A stretch of 64,000 nucleotides of DNA from an uncultured Candidatus Woesearchaeota archaeon (GTDB lineage: Archaea > Nanobdellota > Nanobdellia > UBA10117), in contig CAIPHS010000007.1 of the NCBI GenBank assembly GCA_903864915.1, positions 114,933 through 178,932 on the forward strand, given 5' to 3'. Each line of letters starts with the position of its first letter. Within the stretch, counting starts at the first letter, position 1. Both the position numbers and the translations under genes were made by a program. Shown piece by piece: positions 37,002-47,094 of the stretch. The notes under the pieces are model-generated. The model ran no database searches and was not told the origin of the DNA. It worked only from the letters and a program-made list of their open reading frames with translations.

Positions 37002-37277
37002 ATGACAAAAACAATCTCAAAAGAAAGACTGGAAAAAGAATTTGCAAGGACAGAACAGGCTTTCAAAATTGTTAGAGTGATTGTAAAGACAAAAGAATCC
37101 GAAGAGCTTTTTGATTCGGCCAAAAGATATTATGCTGATGCCAAGTACTTCCGGGATAAAGGGGACTTTGCGTCTGCATTCGGCGCACTTAATTATTCAT
37201 TTGGCCTGCTGGACGGCGGGGCCAAGCTGAAATTCTTTGACGTTTCTGCAGACAAGGAACTTTTTACTGCGGATTAA
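37002..37277 (+). CDS. DUF357 protein
   Basis: A..YY.DA.YF...GD...AF....Y..G.LD. Confidence 0.88.
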   Translation: MTKTISKERLEKEFARTEQAFKIVRVIVKTKESEELFDSAKRYYADAKYFRDKGDFASAFGALNYSFGLLDGGAKLKFFDVSADKELFTAD

Positions 37278-37307
37278 ATTTTTATACTGGAGCAAACAAA
37301 TAGCTCT

Positions 37308-37802
37308 ATGCTTTGGGAGGTCATAGCAGTAATTGCAACAATTGCTATATTCGTACTAGGCCAAAAACTCCATCGCAGCTACTTAATAGCATATATAATT
37401 GGTCTAATTTATGGAGCCTTCTGGGAATTTTCGGCAGAATCATTTTTCAATTATTCTGGATTTGGCATTTATGTATGGCGGGATATCCCTCTCGCAATTT
37501 TGATGCTTTGGGGAGCAGTGATTGCCGGCTCCATGCTGATAAGCGATGTTTTACAGAAAAAGTTCAGATTTAAAAATAAAAAATGGGGAAGACTAACATT
37601 TGATACGCTAACAGTAACTGCTGTAGGTTGGTTCTTAGAGTACTCTGGCTCACATTACCTGCACATGTGGACTTATACAGCTGGAACATATGGATCCTTG
37701 CTGGCAGGCATGCCTGTGATATGGCTGCTTGGCTGGATTTCTGTTGGTGTATTCGTGCTGACGTTCATAAGAACTTATGGCGATTTGATAAAACTGAAAT
37801 AA
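37308..37802 (+). CDS. Multi-TM membrane protein with internal duplication
   Basis: Two copies of E......(W/F).Y.......P......W. Confidence 0.7.
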   Translation: MLWEVIAVIATIAIFVLGQKLHRSYLIAYIIGLIYGAFWEFSAESFFNYSGFGIYVWRDIPLAILMLWGAVIAGSMLISDVLQKKFRFKNKKWGRLTFDTLTVTAVGWFLEYSGSHYLHMWTYTAGTYGSLLAGMPVIWLLGWISVGVFVLTFIRTYGDLIKLK

Positions 37803-37803
37803 T

Positions 37804-38607
37804 ATGGGTTTCAAAGATACACTCGCAGAAAAAACGAAATTGCCAATTGATATTCTGCCATCAAGCTACCACATACTTGGCAACATCCTATTGCTGAAAT
37901 TGCCAAACAAGAAAGCTATGAGGGAAAAAGGAAAAATAGGTTTAGCAATTCTGAAGATGTTTCCTTACATCAAGACAGTTTGTATGCAGAAAGGGGTTTC
38001 TGGCGAGTTTAGGAAGCCCAAAGTCGAAATAATTGCTGGCTTGAAGAAAACTGAAATCACACACCATGAGTTAGGTTGCAAGTTCAAGCTGGATGTCTCA
38101 AAAATAATGTGGAGCAAGGGCAATCATGCTGAAAGACAGCACATGATCCACGTTGCAAAGCCACACGAAATTGTTGTTGACATGTTTGCAGGCATCGGCT
38201 ATTGGTGCATTCCGATTGCAAGGCACACTAAAGTCAGAGAAATATTTGCGATTGAGAAAAATCCTGTCTCTTTCAAATACTTGCAAGAAAATATTAGGCA
38301 AAATTACATTTCAAACATAATCCCCATACTCGGAGACTGCAGAAACGTAAAGGATTTGCCGAAAGCAGACAGGATAATCATGGGCTATTTCCCAAACACC
38401 ATCAAATTTCTTCCTGCAGCGTTGAAAATCTCAAAGAAAGGAACAATCATACATTACCATGACATCTCCTCAGACATAAGCAAGCTGAAAAAAGCAATTT
38501 CAAAATACAAGAACCTGAAAATCAAAGAAGTCAGGGAAGTAAAAGAATATTCCCCAAGCAAAAAGCATTATGTCCTTGACTTGCAAGTTTTAAATACGTG
38601 CGAATAG
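37804..38607 (+). CDS. taw2: Trm5/Taw2 family tRNA enzyme, likely Taw2 aminocarboxypropyltransferase
   Basis: GEFRKP, H.E.G..F..D..KIM.S.GN..ER, DMFAGIGY, ADRIIMGY, IHYH. Confidence 0.8.
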   Translation: MGFKDTLAEKTKLPIDILPSSYHILGNILLLKLPNKKAMREKGKIGLAILKMFPYIKTVCMQKGVSGEFRKPKVEIIAGLKKTEITHHELGCKFKLDVSKIMWSKGNHAERQHMIHVAKPHEIVVDMFAGIGYWCIPIARHTKVREIFAIEKNPVSFKYLQENIRQNYISNIIPILGDCRNVKDLPKADRIIMGYFPNTIKFLPAALKISKKGTIIHYHDISSDISKLKKAISKYKNLKIKEVREVKEYSPSKKHYVLDLQVLNTCE

Positions 38608-38617
38608 ATTATTTCCT

Positions 38618-39071
38618 ATGGCCACCATAATTCGTAAATTTGAAGAAAAGGATGCGGAAGCTTTGGCCAAGCTAGACGAAATTTGGAAAAAGGAAGGAAT
38701 TTCTCTAGGCATGAACCCAAGAAAAGCAAAAGACTTTATTAAAAACCAAAAGAATGAAATTTGTTTTATTGCTGAACAAAATTATTGGTTATGCCTGTGG
38801 CAAAAAACTAGTTTACAAAAGTAAAAAGAAATTATTCTATTTGAAAAGAGGCGAGCAGTGTTTGAATTTCGATTCTCTGTATGTCTTGAAGCCTTATAGA
38901 AAGCTCAGAGTCGGGAGAAAACTCGTCTTTGCTTTGGTTAGGGAAGCCAAGAAAGAAGACTTAGATTCTATCATGTTAGTTGCTGTTAGCAAAAACCAGG
39001 AAAAATTGGTTTCGTTTTACAAAAAATGTGGTTTTGGCATAGTCATAACTAGAATGAAGCTAAAATTGTAA
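38618..39071 (+). pseudogene. GNAT acetyltransferase with a frameshift near 38775
   Basis: IRKFEEKD...CFIAE in one frame continues as NKIIGY...LYV...YR...VG..L...FYKK.GF in the +1 frame. Confidence 0.75.
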
Positions 39072-39073
39072 AC

Positions 39074-39397
39074 TTAGGCATATAATTCGCTTCTTTCTGA
39101 TTTTGGCGCAAAGTCTTGCAAGAATTGTGCTGCCAGCTTCTCGTCTTTCTTTGCAAGGAAGCTGTGTATCTTGCCGGCGTAACAGTTCATGCAGATTGCT
39201 TTCTCGTGCTCGCTCCTGCAAATCTTGCAAGAAATCTTTCCATACCTTGTCTTGTCGAGCATTGTGCGGACTTCTTCCCTGAAAGGCTTCACAAGTGATA
39301 ATTTTTTCTTCTCAATCCATGCTTCAAACTTGTCTGTGAGACAGAGCGGGCATACTGACTGAGAAATTTCCGTAGAACAAAGGCCGCACCTCGTCAT
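39074..39397 (-). CDS. Eight-Cys zinc-binding protein
   Basis: CGLC, CPLC, CKIC, CMNC; start refined to MTRCGLC. Confidence 0.75.
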   Translation of the reverse strand: MTRCGLCSTEISQSVCPLCLTDKFEAWIEKKKLSLVKPFREEVRTMLDKTRYGKISCKICRSEHEKAICMNCYAGKIHSFLAKKDEKLAAQFLQDFAPKSERSELYA

Positions 39398-39437
39398 AAC
39401 TATCAATACAATAAAAAAAGTTGGACTATATAAAGTT

Positions 39438-41708
39438 TTATTCTGTTTGTGCAACAACTTCCCTAACTGTTTGCACTGCGTCAACATTCGCAGAAATTGA
39501 ATCAATCCCGAATCTTGCCAGAATCTTTGCCATTCGAGGGTCAGAGCCTGCCTGACCGCAGATTGAGCTCTCCACTCCGAACTTCTTGCACATTTTTATC
39601 ACGTGCTCAATCGCTTTAATTACAGCTGGATGAAATTCAGAATACAATGATGCGATGTTTGAGTTTCCCCTGTCGACACCGAGAATAGTTTGTGTCAGGT
39701 CATTTGATCCTATGCTTATGAAATCTATACCAACTTCGCACAATCCTTCTATTATAAGCGCTGCTGCAGGTGTCTCAACCATTACTCCAAACTTTATGTC
39801 AGTTCTCGGTTTCAAGCCGACTTCCTCTGCAATCATTTTTGCCCTGACTATTTCATCAGGGGAGATTACAAACGGCAGCATCACTCCAAGATTATTGAAA
39901 CCTTCATCAACCAGTCTTTTCAGAGCCCTGAATTCTGATTTCAGCAATTCTGGCTGGTCCAATGAACGGCGAATAGCATGCCACCCTATCATCGGGTTTG
40001 CTTCCTTTGGCTCTTCTTCCCCGCCTTCCAGCTCTCTGTATTCGTCAGTCCTGATATCCGATGTGCGAACCCAGACTGGCTTGTCTTTGAACGGTGTCGC
40101 GATTGCCTTGACACCTTCATAAATCAAATTTTCATAATCCTGCAACCTGTTGTCGCGCAGATATTTTGCTGGATGTATTTTTCCGGAAGCGATTATCCCC
40201 TCCAATCTTAACAAGCCAATACCATCTGCGCCAGTATCTGCAGCTCTTTGCGCGAAAGCTGGCAAGTCCATTATAACTTTCACTTTGATTGCGGTTTTCT
40301 CTGTTACAGCAGGAGCTGATGGCTTTACTTCTGCCATCTCCATCTTTCCTTTGTAAACAAGTCCTGCAGTCCCGTCAACAGTAATCTCGTCACCGTCCTT
40401 TAGGATTTTTGTTGCAGACTTTGTACCAACTACACAGGGCACACCCATCTCTCTCGAGACAATTGCTGCATGCGCCGTTATTCCGCCTTCATCAGTCACG
40501 ATTGCAACTGCCCTTTGCATTGCCGGAACGTAATCAGGATTTGTCATCGCAGTAACAAGAATATCACCTTTCTGCACCTTGTCAAGTTCGTTAACATCTG
40601 AAACTATCTTTACAGTTCCTGCTGCATGGCCTGGAGATGCACCGAGTCCTTTCAAAATAGGCTCCACCTTTGATTCAAGTTTATCCTCTATCTTTTGTTT
40701 CAGAGTTGTGACCGGCCTTGTCTGCACCAGATAAATCTGATTTTTTTCCATAGCCCATTCCATATCCTGCGGTACACCGTAATGATTTTCCACACTTATC
40801 GCCAGCTTCCACAACGTCTTGATCTGCTGCTCAGTCATGACTTGCTTCTCTTGCCTATCCTTGTTGACATTTCTCTTTATGGTCTGGCCAGTATAGGCAT
40901 CCCTGGTTAATAGAAAAGTCTGGCCAGGAATATCCTTGCTTATCATATTCCCGGTTTTTTTGTCAAGGATGTATGTATTGGGATTCACTTCGCCTGAAAC
41001 TACCGCTTCGCCCAAACCATAAATTGCCTCTATCACAACCTGGTTCAAGTCATTTGTCGCAGGGTTTACTGTAAACATCACGCCGCTGGCATCAGAATTA
41101 ATTTGTTTCTGCACCACAACTGCGATGGCAACTTTCATGTGTGGAAAGTTATTTTTCACACGATAGTAAATTGCCCTTGACAGAAATAATGATGCCCAGC
41201 ATTTCTGCACATTGCTAACAAGCGCTTCCTTTCCAAGGGTGTTTACAAAGGTTGCCTGCTGGCCTGCAAAGCTTGCACCTGGCAAGTCCTCAGCAGTCGC
41301 TGATGAACGGACTGCAACAAATGCTGGATCCCTTGATGTGACCTGCAGCAATGCCTGTGCAGTCTTTACGGATTTCAAATCTTCTGCAGCATCGATGTAA
41401 CTGTAAAGCTCCTTGATCTCATCCTGCATATCAACGGGCATGGATGAACTCATAATTAAGTCCTGGACTTCCTGCGCAACTTTCTGAAGCTTCTCATTGT
41501 CCTCAACATCCAAGTCCTTTAACTTTTCCTCAATCTTCTTGTCAATCTTCCTTACGCGCAAAAATGTCCGGTAAGTATCTGCTAAAACTACAAAACCGGG
41601 AGGAACTGGAAATCCTGAATTCCACATCTCCGCAAGGTTAGCACCTTTGCCGCCAGCCTCAGGAATACTACTCTTGCTAAGACTCTTGAACCACTTACAA
41701 TAGGCCAT
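39438..41708 (-). CDS. ppsA: Phosphoenolpyruvate synthase
   Basis: GGKGANL, VAVRSSATAED, SFAGQQ, HAAIVSRE, NPMIGW, SIGSNDLTQ, ICGQA. Confidence 0.95.
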   Translation of the reverse strand: MAYCKWFKSLSKSSIPEAGGKGANLAEMWNSGFPVPPGFVVLADTYRTFLRVRKIDKKIEEKLKDLDVEDNEKLQKVAQEVQDLIMSSSMPVDMQDEIKELYSYIDAAEDLKSVKTAQALLQVTSRDPAFVAVRSSATAEDLPGASFAGQQATFVNTLGKEALVSNVQKCWASLFLSRAIYYRVKNNFPHMKVAIAVVVQKQINSDASGVMFTVNPATNDLNQVVIEAIYGLGEAVVSGEVNPNTYILDKKTGNMISKDIPGQTFLLTRDAYTGQTIKRNVNKDRQEKQVMTEQQIKTLWKLAISVENHYGVPQDMEWAMEKNQIYLVQTRPVTTLKQKIEDKLESKVEPILKGLGASPGHAAGTVKIVSDVNELDKVQKGDILVTAMTNPDYVPAMQRAVAIVTDEGGITAHAAIVSREMGVPCVVGTKSATKILKDGDEITVDGTAGLVYKGKMEMAEVKPSAPAVTEKTAIKVKVIMDLPAFAQRAADTGADGIGLLRLEGIIASGKIHPAKYLRDNRLQDYENLIYEGVKAIATPFKDKPVWVRTSDIRTDEYRELEGGEEEPKEANPMIGWHAIRRSLDQPELLKSEFRALKRLVDEGFNNLGVMLPFVISPDEIVRAKMIAEEVGLKPRTDIKFGVMVETPAAALIIEGLCEVGIDFISIGSNDLTQTILGVDRGNSNIASLYSEFHPAVIKAIEHVIKMCKKFGVESSICGQAGSDPRMAKILARFGIDSISANVDAVQTVREVVAQTE

Positions 41709-41785
41709 TGCTTTTATTGATATTGGGAAATTTAAAAGCTCTTCTGAGCGACAAACCTTATATTCACGCTTCAGGCTATAGAGAT

Positions 41786-42124
41786 ATGGCACAAAAACTA
41801 AATCCCTGGCTCGCAGTGTTGCTTACAATCATACCCATCGCAAACCTGATTCTTTTCTATTACTGGAACAAGGGCATAAAAAAGAAATGGAAACTCGACA
41901 TTGACCCTGTATTGAGGACGTTGGGTTTGATAATTCCAATCCTGAATCTCGTGGTTTACTACATATTCTTTGAAAACCTGCAAAGCAAAGCTGGCAGGGT
42001 CAAAACACCAACACCATGGGTAGCAGTCCTATTCATAATCCCGTTCTTGGGCACAGTCCTGTTGCTGATAGCAGCATACGATGTGCAGGTAGCTATGAAT
42101 AAGCTGAACATAGAAACGCTGTAG
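41786..42124 (+). CDS. DUF4234-like three-TM protein
   Basis: Threefold repeat (N/D/T)P...L..IIP..N. Confidence 0.7.
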   Translation: MAQKLNPWLAVLLTIIPIANLILFYYWNKGIKKKWKLDIDPVLRTLGLIIPILNLVVYYIFFENLQSKAGRVKTPTPWVAVLFIIPFLGTVLLLIAAYDVQVAMNKLNIETL

Positions 42125-42127
42125 AAA

Positions 42128-42388
42128 TTACTTTAATCCGAATATCTGGAAGCCGAACTTCTCAACATCTTCAGCAGGCCAAAAAGTCTGGTCTTTAGTC
42201 TTCAAAACATATGTGATTTTTTTCTCAAGTACGCGTCCTGTATATTTCTGCGTTTTAGGATCGAATTCTTTCAGTACTAGAATGTCGCCGGGCTTGCAAG
42301 AAAAATCTGCCAGTCGCAAATCAAAGTTTTTCGTGCCATTTAGAAATTCTTGAAACAATTCAGGCCAAGCTTTCTTTTCAATTTTCAT
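42128..42388 (-). CDS. ASCH/DUF3850 domain protein
   Basis: K.WPE.F.....G.K.FD.R..DF...GD.L.L.E.DP....YTGR. Confidence 0.85.
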   Translation of the reverse strand: MKIEKKAWPELFQEFLNGTKNFDLRLADFSCKPGDILVLKEFDPKTQKYTGRVLEKKITYVLKTKDQTFWPAEDVEKFGFQIFGLK

Positions 42389-42903
42389 TATTCTTTCTTT
42401 TGCACTCGTACAACGCAGTGCATTGGAAACTTTGCTCTTGCCCTGCCGACTGCATCTTTTGCCAATGGCACCAGACTTTCTGGAACATAAACAGAAAAAA
42501 GAACTGTGTCTTTTCTGATTTGTGCGGCATGGCCCTCAGGCCTTCCGAAAGATTTTGACATGCCTCGCTGGAATCGGTCTGCACCCGCACCTGTTGCAAG
42601 TGGGTTCATCCTGATAATATGGTGCGGTACAACTCTTACTTTAGCATTCCAGCCAGTCTTTGCTTCCTTTTCCATATGTCTTACAATAACCTGCCTTGCA
42701 GCTTCTATGGCATTGTCCCTTATCTGAATAGGCCTGGTTGAAAGCATCTGGACTTCGTAAGGATAAGTAAGCTTGTCGCCCATGTCGTACTGTGCAATCC
42801 TGATGTGTGGCGCTCCCTTGATGTATGCTTTGGATTTGACTCTGGATGTGCGAGTGTAAGGTCGCTTAACTTTCCTATACGCTACTGCCTGTCGTAGTTT
42901 CAT
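42388..42903 (-). CDS. rpl10e: 50S ribosomal protein uL16 (L10e)
   Basis: YTR, QIR.NA.EAAR, GAGADR...GM...FG.P. Confidence 0.95.
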   Translation of the reverse strand: MKLRQAVAYRKVKRPYTRTSRVKSKAYIKGAPHIRIAQYDMGDKLTYPYEVQMLSTRPIQIRDNAIEAARQVIVRHMEKEAKTGWNAKVRVVPHHIIRMNPLATGAGADRFQRGMSKSFGRPEGHAAQIRKDTVLFSVYVPESLVPLAKDAVGRARAKFPMHCVVRVQKKE

Positions 42904-42998
42904 ACCTTTGTTCTTTAAAGTTGGTTTTTAAACATATCTATTTAGCTGCAAGGATTTGTTACGATAAGGCTTATAAAATTCAGAAAGCCCATCATGTT

Positions 42999-43178
42999 AT
43001 GAAGAAGCTCAGTGAGAGGCTTGCGCTAATTTTATTGAGTGCAGTTATTATGCCGTTCATGGCAATCTTAGCATTTCGTTCCGGTAATTCTGTAACGATA
43101 AGCATGGCTTTGATGGCAATTGTAATGATTTCTTTTGTTTCAGTACTGGCAACAGTTGAGGTGATGCAGACTTGGTAA
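42999..43178 (+). CDS. Small two-TM protein
   Basis: MKKLSERLALILL...; overlaps the Lrp gene start; start position uncertain. Confidence 0.55.
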   Translation: MKKLSERLALILLSAVIMPFMAILAFRSGNSVTISMALMAIVMISFVSVLATVEVMQTW

Positions 43179-43402
43179 TCGCATACATCCTTGCGACCGT
43201 AAAATCCGGAACTGAGAAAGAAGTTGTTGATTCTTTGAAAAAAGAACCGCGAGTTAAGGAGGCGCATTTGCTCTATGGCGAATTTGATATCATAGCAAAG
43301 ATAGATTTGCAGAGCATTTCTGACCTCAGCGACTTCATCCTGGACAAAATAAGGGCAATCCAGTTCATAGAAAAGACTGCAACCTTAATAGTGGCTGGCT
43401 GA
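43172..43402 (+). CDS. Stand-alone Lrp/AsnC ligand-binding (RAM) domain
   Basis: AYIL.....G.E..V, YGEFDII.K, T.TLI; TTG start after GAGGTGA. Confidence 0.9.
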   Translation: MVIAYILATVKSGTEKEVVDSLKKEPRVKEAHLLYGEFDIIAKIDLQSISDLSDFILDKIRAIQFIEKTATLIVAG

Positions 43403-43452
43403 TTCTGCATTACAAAAGCTTTTAAAAAGACATTTTGGGCTAACTCATAACA

Positions 43453-43878
43453 ATGGTATCACCTTTAGACGTACCTTCAGCACAATTGGCAAAAGAAGTG
43501 GCTTTGGAGCTCAAGGGCAAGTTCGAAGCCCCTAAATGGGCTGCATTCGTCAAGACTGGAGTGCAAAAAGAGAGGCCTCCGCAGCAGGCTGACTGGTGGC
43601 ACGTAAGGGCAGCTTCTATTCTCCGTTCAATCTACAGGAATGCTCCTGTCGGCGTCTCAAGATTACGATCGAAATATGGCGGCTCCAAGAACCGCGGAAG
43701 AAAGCCTGAACGATTCAGAAAAGCTTCAGGTAATATAATCCGGAAAATTCTGCAGCAACTGGAAAAGTCTGGCTATGTCATGCAGAAAAAAGATGGCATA
43801 CACCGGGGCAGGATACTTACACCTGCAGGCCAGGCGTTGCTGACAAAGGCAGCTGCAAGGATTAAGACTGGAAAATGA
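43453..43878 (+). CDS. rps19e: 30S ribosomal protein eS19
   Basis: P.WA.FVKTG..KERPP...WW..RAASILR, YGG.K.RG..P, G.IIR..LQQLE. Confidence 0.96.
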   Translation: MVSPLDVPSAQLAKEVALELKGKFEAPKWAAFVKTGVQKERPPQQADWWHVRAASILRSIYRNAPVGVSRLRSKYGGSKNRGRKPERFRKASGNIIRKILQQLEKSGYVMQKKDGIHRGRILTPAGQALLTKAAARIKTGK

Positions 43879-44195
43879 CTGAAAATAAAGTTTACACTGA
43901 GGATTTGAGAAAAAGGTTGGCTGACGAGAAAGTGAAAGTTGAGGAGCATGAATTTGTCCAAAGGCAACTCGACTCTGCAAAGAAATCAATCTTACAAAGA
44001 GCATTCTCGAAAGATGCGAGGCAAAGGCTCGCAAATGTAAGGGTCGCTCACCCCGCACTCGCAGAGCAAGTGGAAATGGCCATAGTAGACGCTGCGCAGG
44101 CTGGCGCGATAAAAGGTGAAATATCTGAAATACAATTGCGTGCAATTCTTGAACGCGCAACTGCTGAGAAGAAGGATTTCAAGCTCATAAAATAA
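43875..44195 (+). CDS. PDCD5-like DNA-binding protein
   Basis: AR.RL.N.....P..A..VE; conserved position after rps19e. Confidence 0.88.
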   Translation: MTENKVYTEDLRKRLADEKVKVEEHEFVQRQLDSAKKSILQRAFSKDARQRLANVRVAHPALAEQVEMAIVDAAQAGAIKGEISEIQLRAILERATAEKKDFKLIK

Positions 44196-44196
44196 A

Positions 44197-44370
44197 ATGG
44201 GAAAAGTACAACATAAGGGGAAGAAGAAGCATCTGGGCAAGGCAGCACAGCAAACCAGATGGGCACCTTTCTGGCTAATCACGAAAGCCAAGGGCAAAGG
44301 CAAGAAGCTGCACCCTTCCGCCATGACTGTTGTAAAGAGACATTGGAGACGATCAAAACTCCAGGCGTAA
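44197..44370 (+). CDS. rpl39e: 50S ribosomal protein eL39 (not in ORF track)
   Basis: MGKVQHKGKKKHLGKAAQQTRWAPFW...KRHWRRSKL; syntenic before rpl31e. Confidence 0.9.
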   Translation: MGKVQHKGKKKHLGKAAQQTRWAPFWLITKAKGKGKKLHPSAMTVVKRHWRRSKLQA

Positions 44371-44371
44371 A

Positions 44372-44803
44372 ATGATTGAGCGAATCTATACTATTCCGTT
44401 GAGGAGAGAATGGCTGAAAACGCCAAAATGGAGGCGCAGCAAGAAAGCCATCTCCGCAATCCAGGTATTTTTAGAAAAACACACCAAAGTTCAAGACATA
44501 AAGTTAAGCAAATGGATTAATGAAGAAGTCTGGGCTAATGGTGGCAAGAGTCCTCCTGGAAAAATCACACTCAGAGTAAACATAGACAAGGACAAAGGCA
44601 TAGCAAGGGCTGAATTGGTTGAGCTGCCAAAAGCAGCAAAAAGGCTTGCAGAGTCCAAGAAAAAACAGGAAGAGAAGGCAAAGAAAGTCGAAGCTAAAAA
44701 GCCGCAGGAAGAAGTGCTTGAAGAACCGAAGGAGGAAAAGAAAGAAGAGAAGATGCCAGCCACGATGACAAAAGAGCAAGAAATGGCTATGCACAAAAAG
44801 TGA
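44372..44803 (+). CDS. rpl31e: 50S ribosomal protein eL31 with charged C-terminal extension
   Basis: ERIYTIPLR, R...A...I..F...H, NE.VW..G...PP. Confidence 0.95.
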   Translation: MIERIYTIPLRREWLKTPKWRRSKKAISAIQVFLEKHTKVQDIKLSKWINEEVWANGGKSPPGKITLRVNIDKDKGIARAELVELPKAAKRLAESKKKQEEKAKKVEAKKPQEEVLEEPKEEKKEEKMPATMTKEQEMAMHKK

Positions 44804-44830
44804 TTTACACTCTCTTTCCTTTTATTTACT

Positions 44831-45526
44831 ATGCACAACGGCGCGCATATTTCCATTCTAAGCTTTCACGGCGACCCTAACGTAGGGCTGCACGGATTTG
44901 CAACAGACAAATACTGCCTGGTTGGCAGCTGCGCAACAGACCAGCAAGTTGCAGAGCTGGAAGCCAGATTGAAGGTTCCGGTATTCAAGATTAAATTATA
45001 CGGTACTGACTTGATTGGATTATTCGCAGTCGGAAATTCATCAATCCTTTTGCTGCCAGACATAGTTTTTGAGAATGAGCTGCAAAAGATAAAACAAATT
45101 ATGGAAAAAATAAACATTAAAGTCATTACTGTGAAAACAGAGCATACTGCTTTCGGCAATAATATCTCAATGAATGATAAAATTGCAATCGTGAGTGATG
45201 CTTACAGCAAGAAAAGCTTTGAAACACTGAAGGAAGCTCTTCATGGCCTGAAAGTTGAGCAGCATAGCTTGGCAAAAACAACTGTGCCTGGCTCAATCGG
45301 AAAAATTACGAACATCGGCGCAATATTTTCCACAAATTTATCGGAAACAGAAATAAACAGTGTTGAGAAACTGCTGGGGTTTGAAATAGGCATAGGCACT
45401 GTAAATCTTGGAAACCCTTTTGTCGCATCAGGCATAATCGCTAATTCTTTCGGCTTTGCAATTGGCAGCATGAGCTCAGGATTTGAAATGGGCAGAGTTG
45501 ATGAGAGCTTGCGTCTGCTAAAGTAG
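44831..45526 (+). CDS. eif6: Translation initiation factor 6
   Basis: PNVG, GN, GTVN.G.P.V.SG..ANS.G...G..S.G.E. Confidence 0.93.
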   Translation: MHNGAHISILSFHGDPNVGLHGFATDKYCLVGSCATDQQVAELEARLKVPVFKIKLYGTDLIGLFAVGNSSILLLPDIVFENELQKIKQIMEKINIKVITVKTEHTAFGNNISMNDKIAIVSDAYSKKSFETLKEALHGLKVEQHSLAKTTVPGSIGKITNIGAIFSTNLSETEINSVEKLLGFEIGIGTVNLGNPFVASGIIANSFGFAIGSMSSGFEMGRVDESLRLLK

Positions 45527-45557
45527 CCTTTTTAAACCTTAAAATTGCAGTTGAATC

Positions 45558-45962
45558 ATGGCTGATAAAAACAAGCTGCAGGAAAAATACGTTGAGCTGC
45601 AATTGCTCAGTATGCAGATCAAGCAGCTTGAAGAGCAACTTAATGTCTTAGACCAGAAAGCACAGGAGCTGGTAATTTTGCGCGAATCCATGCGCAGGCT
45701 CGGCGAGCTGAAAGCAAGTGCAAAATCCCTTGCACCGATTGGTCCTGGAATATTCGTTCCTGGAACTGTAGACCCGACAAAAGGTGTGCTAATTAATGTG
45801 GGTGCGGGAGTCATAGTCAACAAGAGCTTTGATGAGGCTGAAAACACAATAAATACCCAATTGCACCAGATTGAAGACATAACTCTGGAGCTGTCAAACA
45901 ACCTCAGAGCCATGGCAGAACAGGCCCAAGTAACCGAGATGGAAATAGATAAACTGTCGTAA
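45558..45962 (+). CDS. pfdA: Prefoldin alpha subunit
   Basis: Coiled coils flanking P.G.G.F and V...VGAG. Confidence 0.92.
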   Translation: MADKNKLQEKYVELQLLSMQIKQLEEQLNVLDQKAQELVILRESMRRLGELKASAKSLAPIGPGIFVPGTVDPTKGVLINVGAGVIVNKSFDEAENTINTQLHQIEDITLELSNNLRAMAEQAQVTEMEIDKLS

Positions 45963-45963
45963 A

Positions 45964-47052
45964 ATGTTCGACTTTCTGAAAAAGGCATTCAAGTCATTCA
46001 CAGATAAAATTGGCAAGCCCGAGGAAAAACCGAAAGAGAAGAAAGTTGAAGAGAATGTAAAGGTTGGGGAAGAGATTCCAGAGCCTGTTTCGACAGAAGA
46101 AATACTAAAGGAAGAAGAAATAATAGTTGAGAAGCCAAAGGAGCTGAAAAAGCTTGAGGAAAAGGAAGAGAAGAAAGGCTTCCTGAAGAAATTGGCTGCC
46201 ATTGTAACCGAAGCCAAGGTTTCTGACGAGCAGTTCCATAAATTATTCACCGTCCTTGAAATAGAACTGATACAAAACAACGTTGCTTTCACAATAATCC
46301 AGCAAATCAGGGAAAACTTGGAGGATGAAATTGTTGGCAAATCATTCAACAGGCAAAAGCTGACCTATACTATAAAGAAAATTCTGCGGCAAACTATAGT
46401 TGACACATTGGAAATGCCAAAGCCACTCGATTTGTTGGAATTGGCAAAGGAAAAGAAATCAAAGAATGAACCATTGATACTGATGTTTATAGGAACAAAC
46501 GGGCATGGCAAAACCACAACTCTTGCAAAACTTGCACACTTGTTCCAGAAAAATGATTTCCGCTGCATCTTTGCAGCATCCGACACATTCAGAGCTGCAT
46601 CAATCGAACAATTAGAGCATCATGGTAACAAGCTCGGCATTCGTGTGATAAAACATAATTACGGCTCAGACCCTGCAGCTGTCGCCTTTGATGCTGTCAA
46701 GGCAAAAGACAAGGACATTGTTATGATTGATACTGCTGGCAGGCAATCTCCAAACACAAACCTGATGGAAGAGCTTGCGAAAATAAAGAAAGTTGCAAAG
46801 CCGGATTTGACAATCTACGTAGGGGAAGCGATTGCGGGCTCTGATTTAGTAGAGCAGGCCAAGAATTTCAACGAGAAAATAGGAATAGATGCAATAATAC
46901 TCACAAAGGCTGATGTTGATGACAAAGGTGGCGCAATCTTATCTGTAACGCAAGTCACGAACAAGCCGATTCTTTACCTAGGTATCGGGCAGGAATACGA
47001 AGACTTGGAAAAATTTGAAGTAGCAAAATTCGTCAGCAAGATTATTAGTTAA
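45964..47052 (+). CDS. ftsY: SRP receptor FtsY
   Basis: Acidic N region; G.NG.GKTTT, DTFRAA, DTAGR, TK.D...KGG, G.GQ.Y.DL. Confidence 0.95.
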   Translation: MFDFLKKAFKSFTDKIGKPEEKPKEKKVEENVKVGEEIPEPVSTEEILKEEEIIVEKPKELKKLEEKEEKKGFLKKLAAIVTEAKVSDEQFHKLFTVLEIELIQNNVAFTIIQQIRENLEDEIVGKSFNRQKLTYTIKKILRQTIVDTLEMPKPLDLLELAKEKKSKNEPLILMFIGTNGHGKTTTLAKLAHLFQKNDFRCIFAASDTFRAASIEQLEHHGNKLGIRVIKHNYGSDPAAVAFDAVKAKDKDIVMIDTAGRQSPNTNLMEELAKIKKVAKPDLTIYVGEAIAGSDLVEQAKNFNEKIGIDAIILTKADVDDKGGAILSVTQVTNKPILYLGIGQEYEDLEKFEVAKFVSKIIS

Positions 47053-47094
47053 GCAAAGGTAAGACTTTTTAAATTAGAAACTAAGGATTATAAT

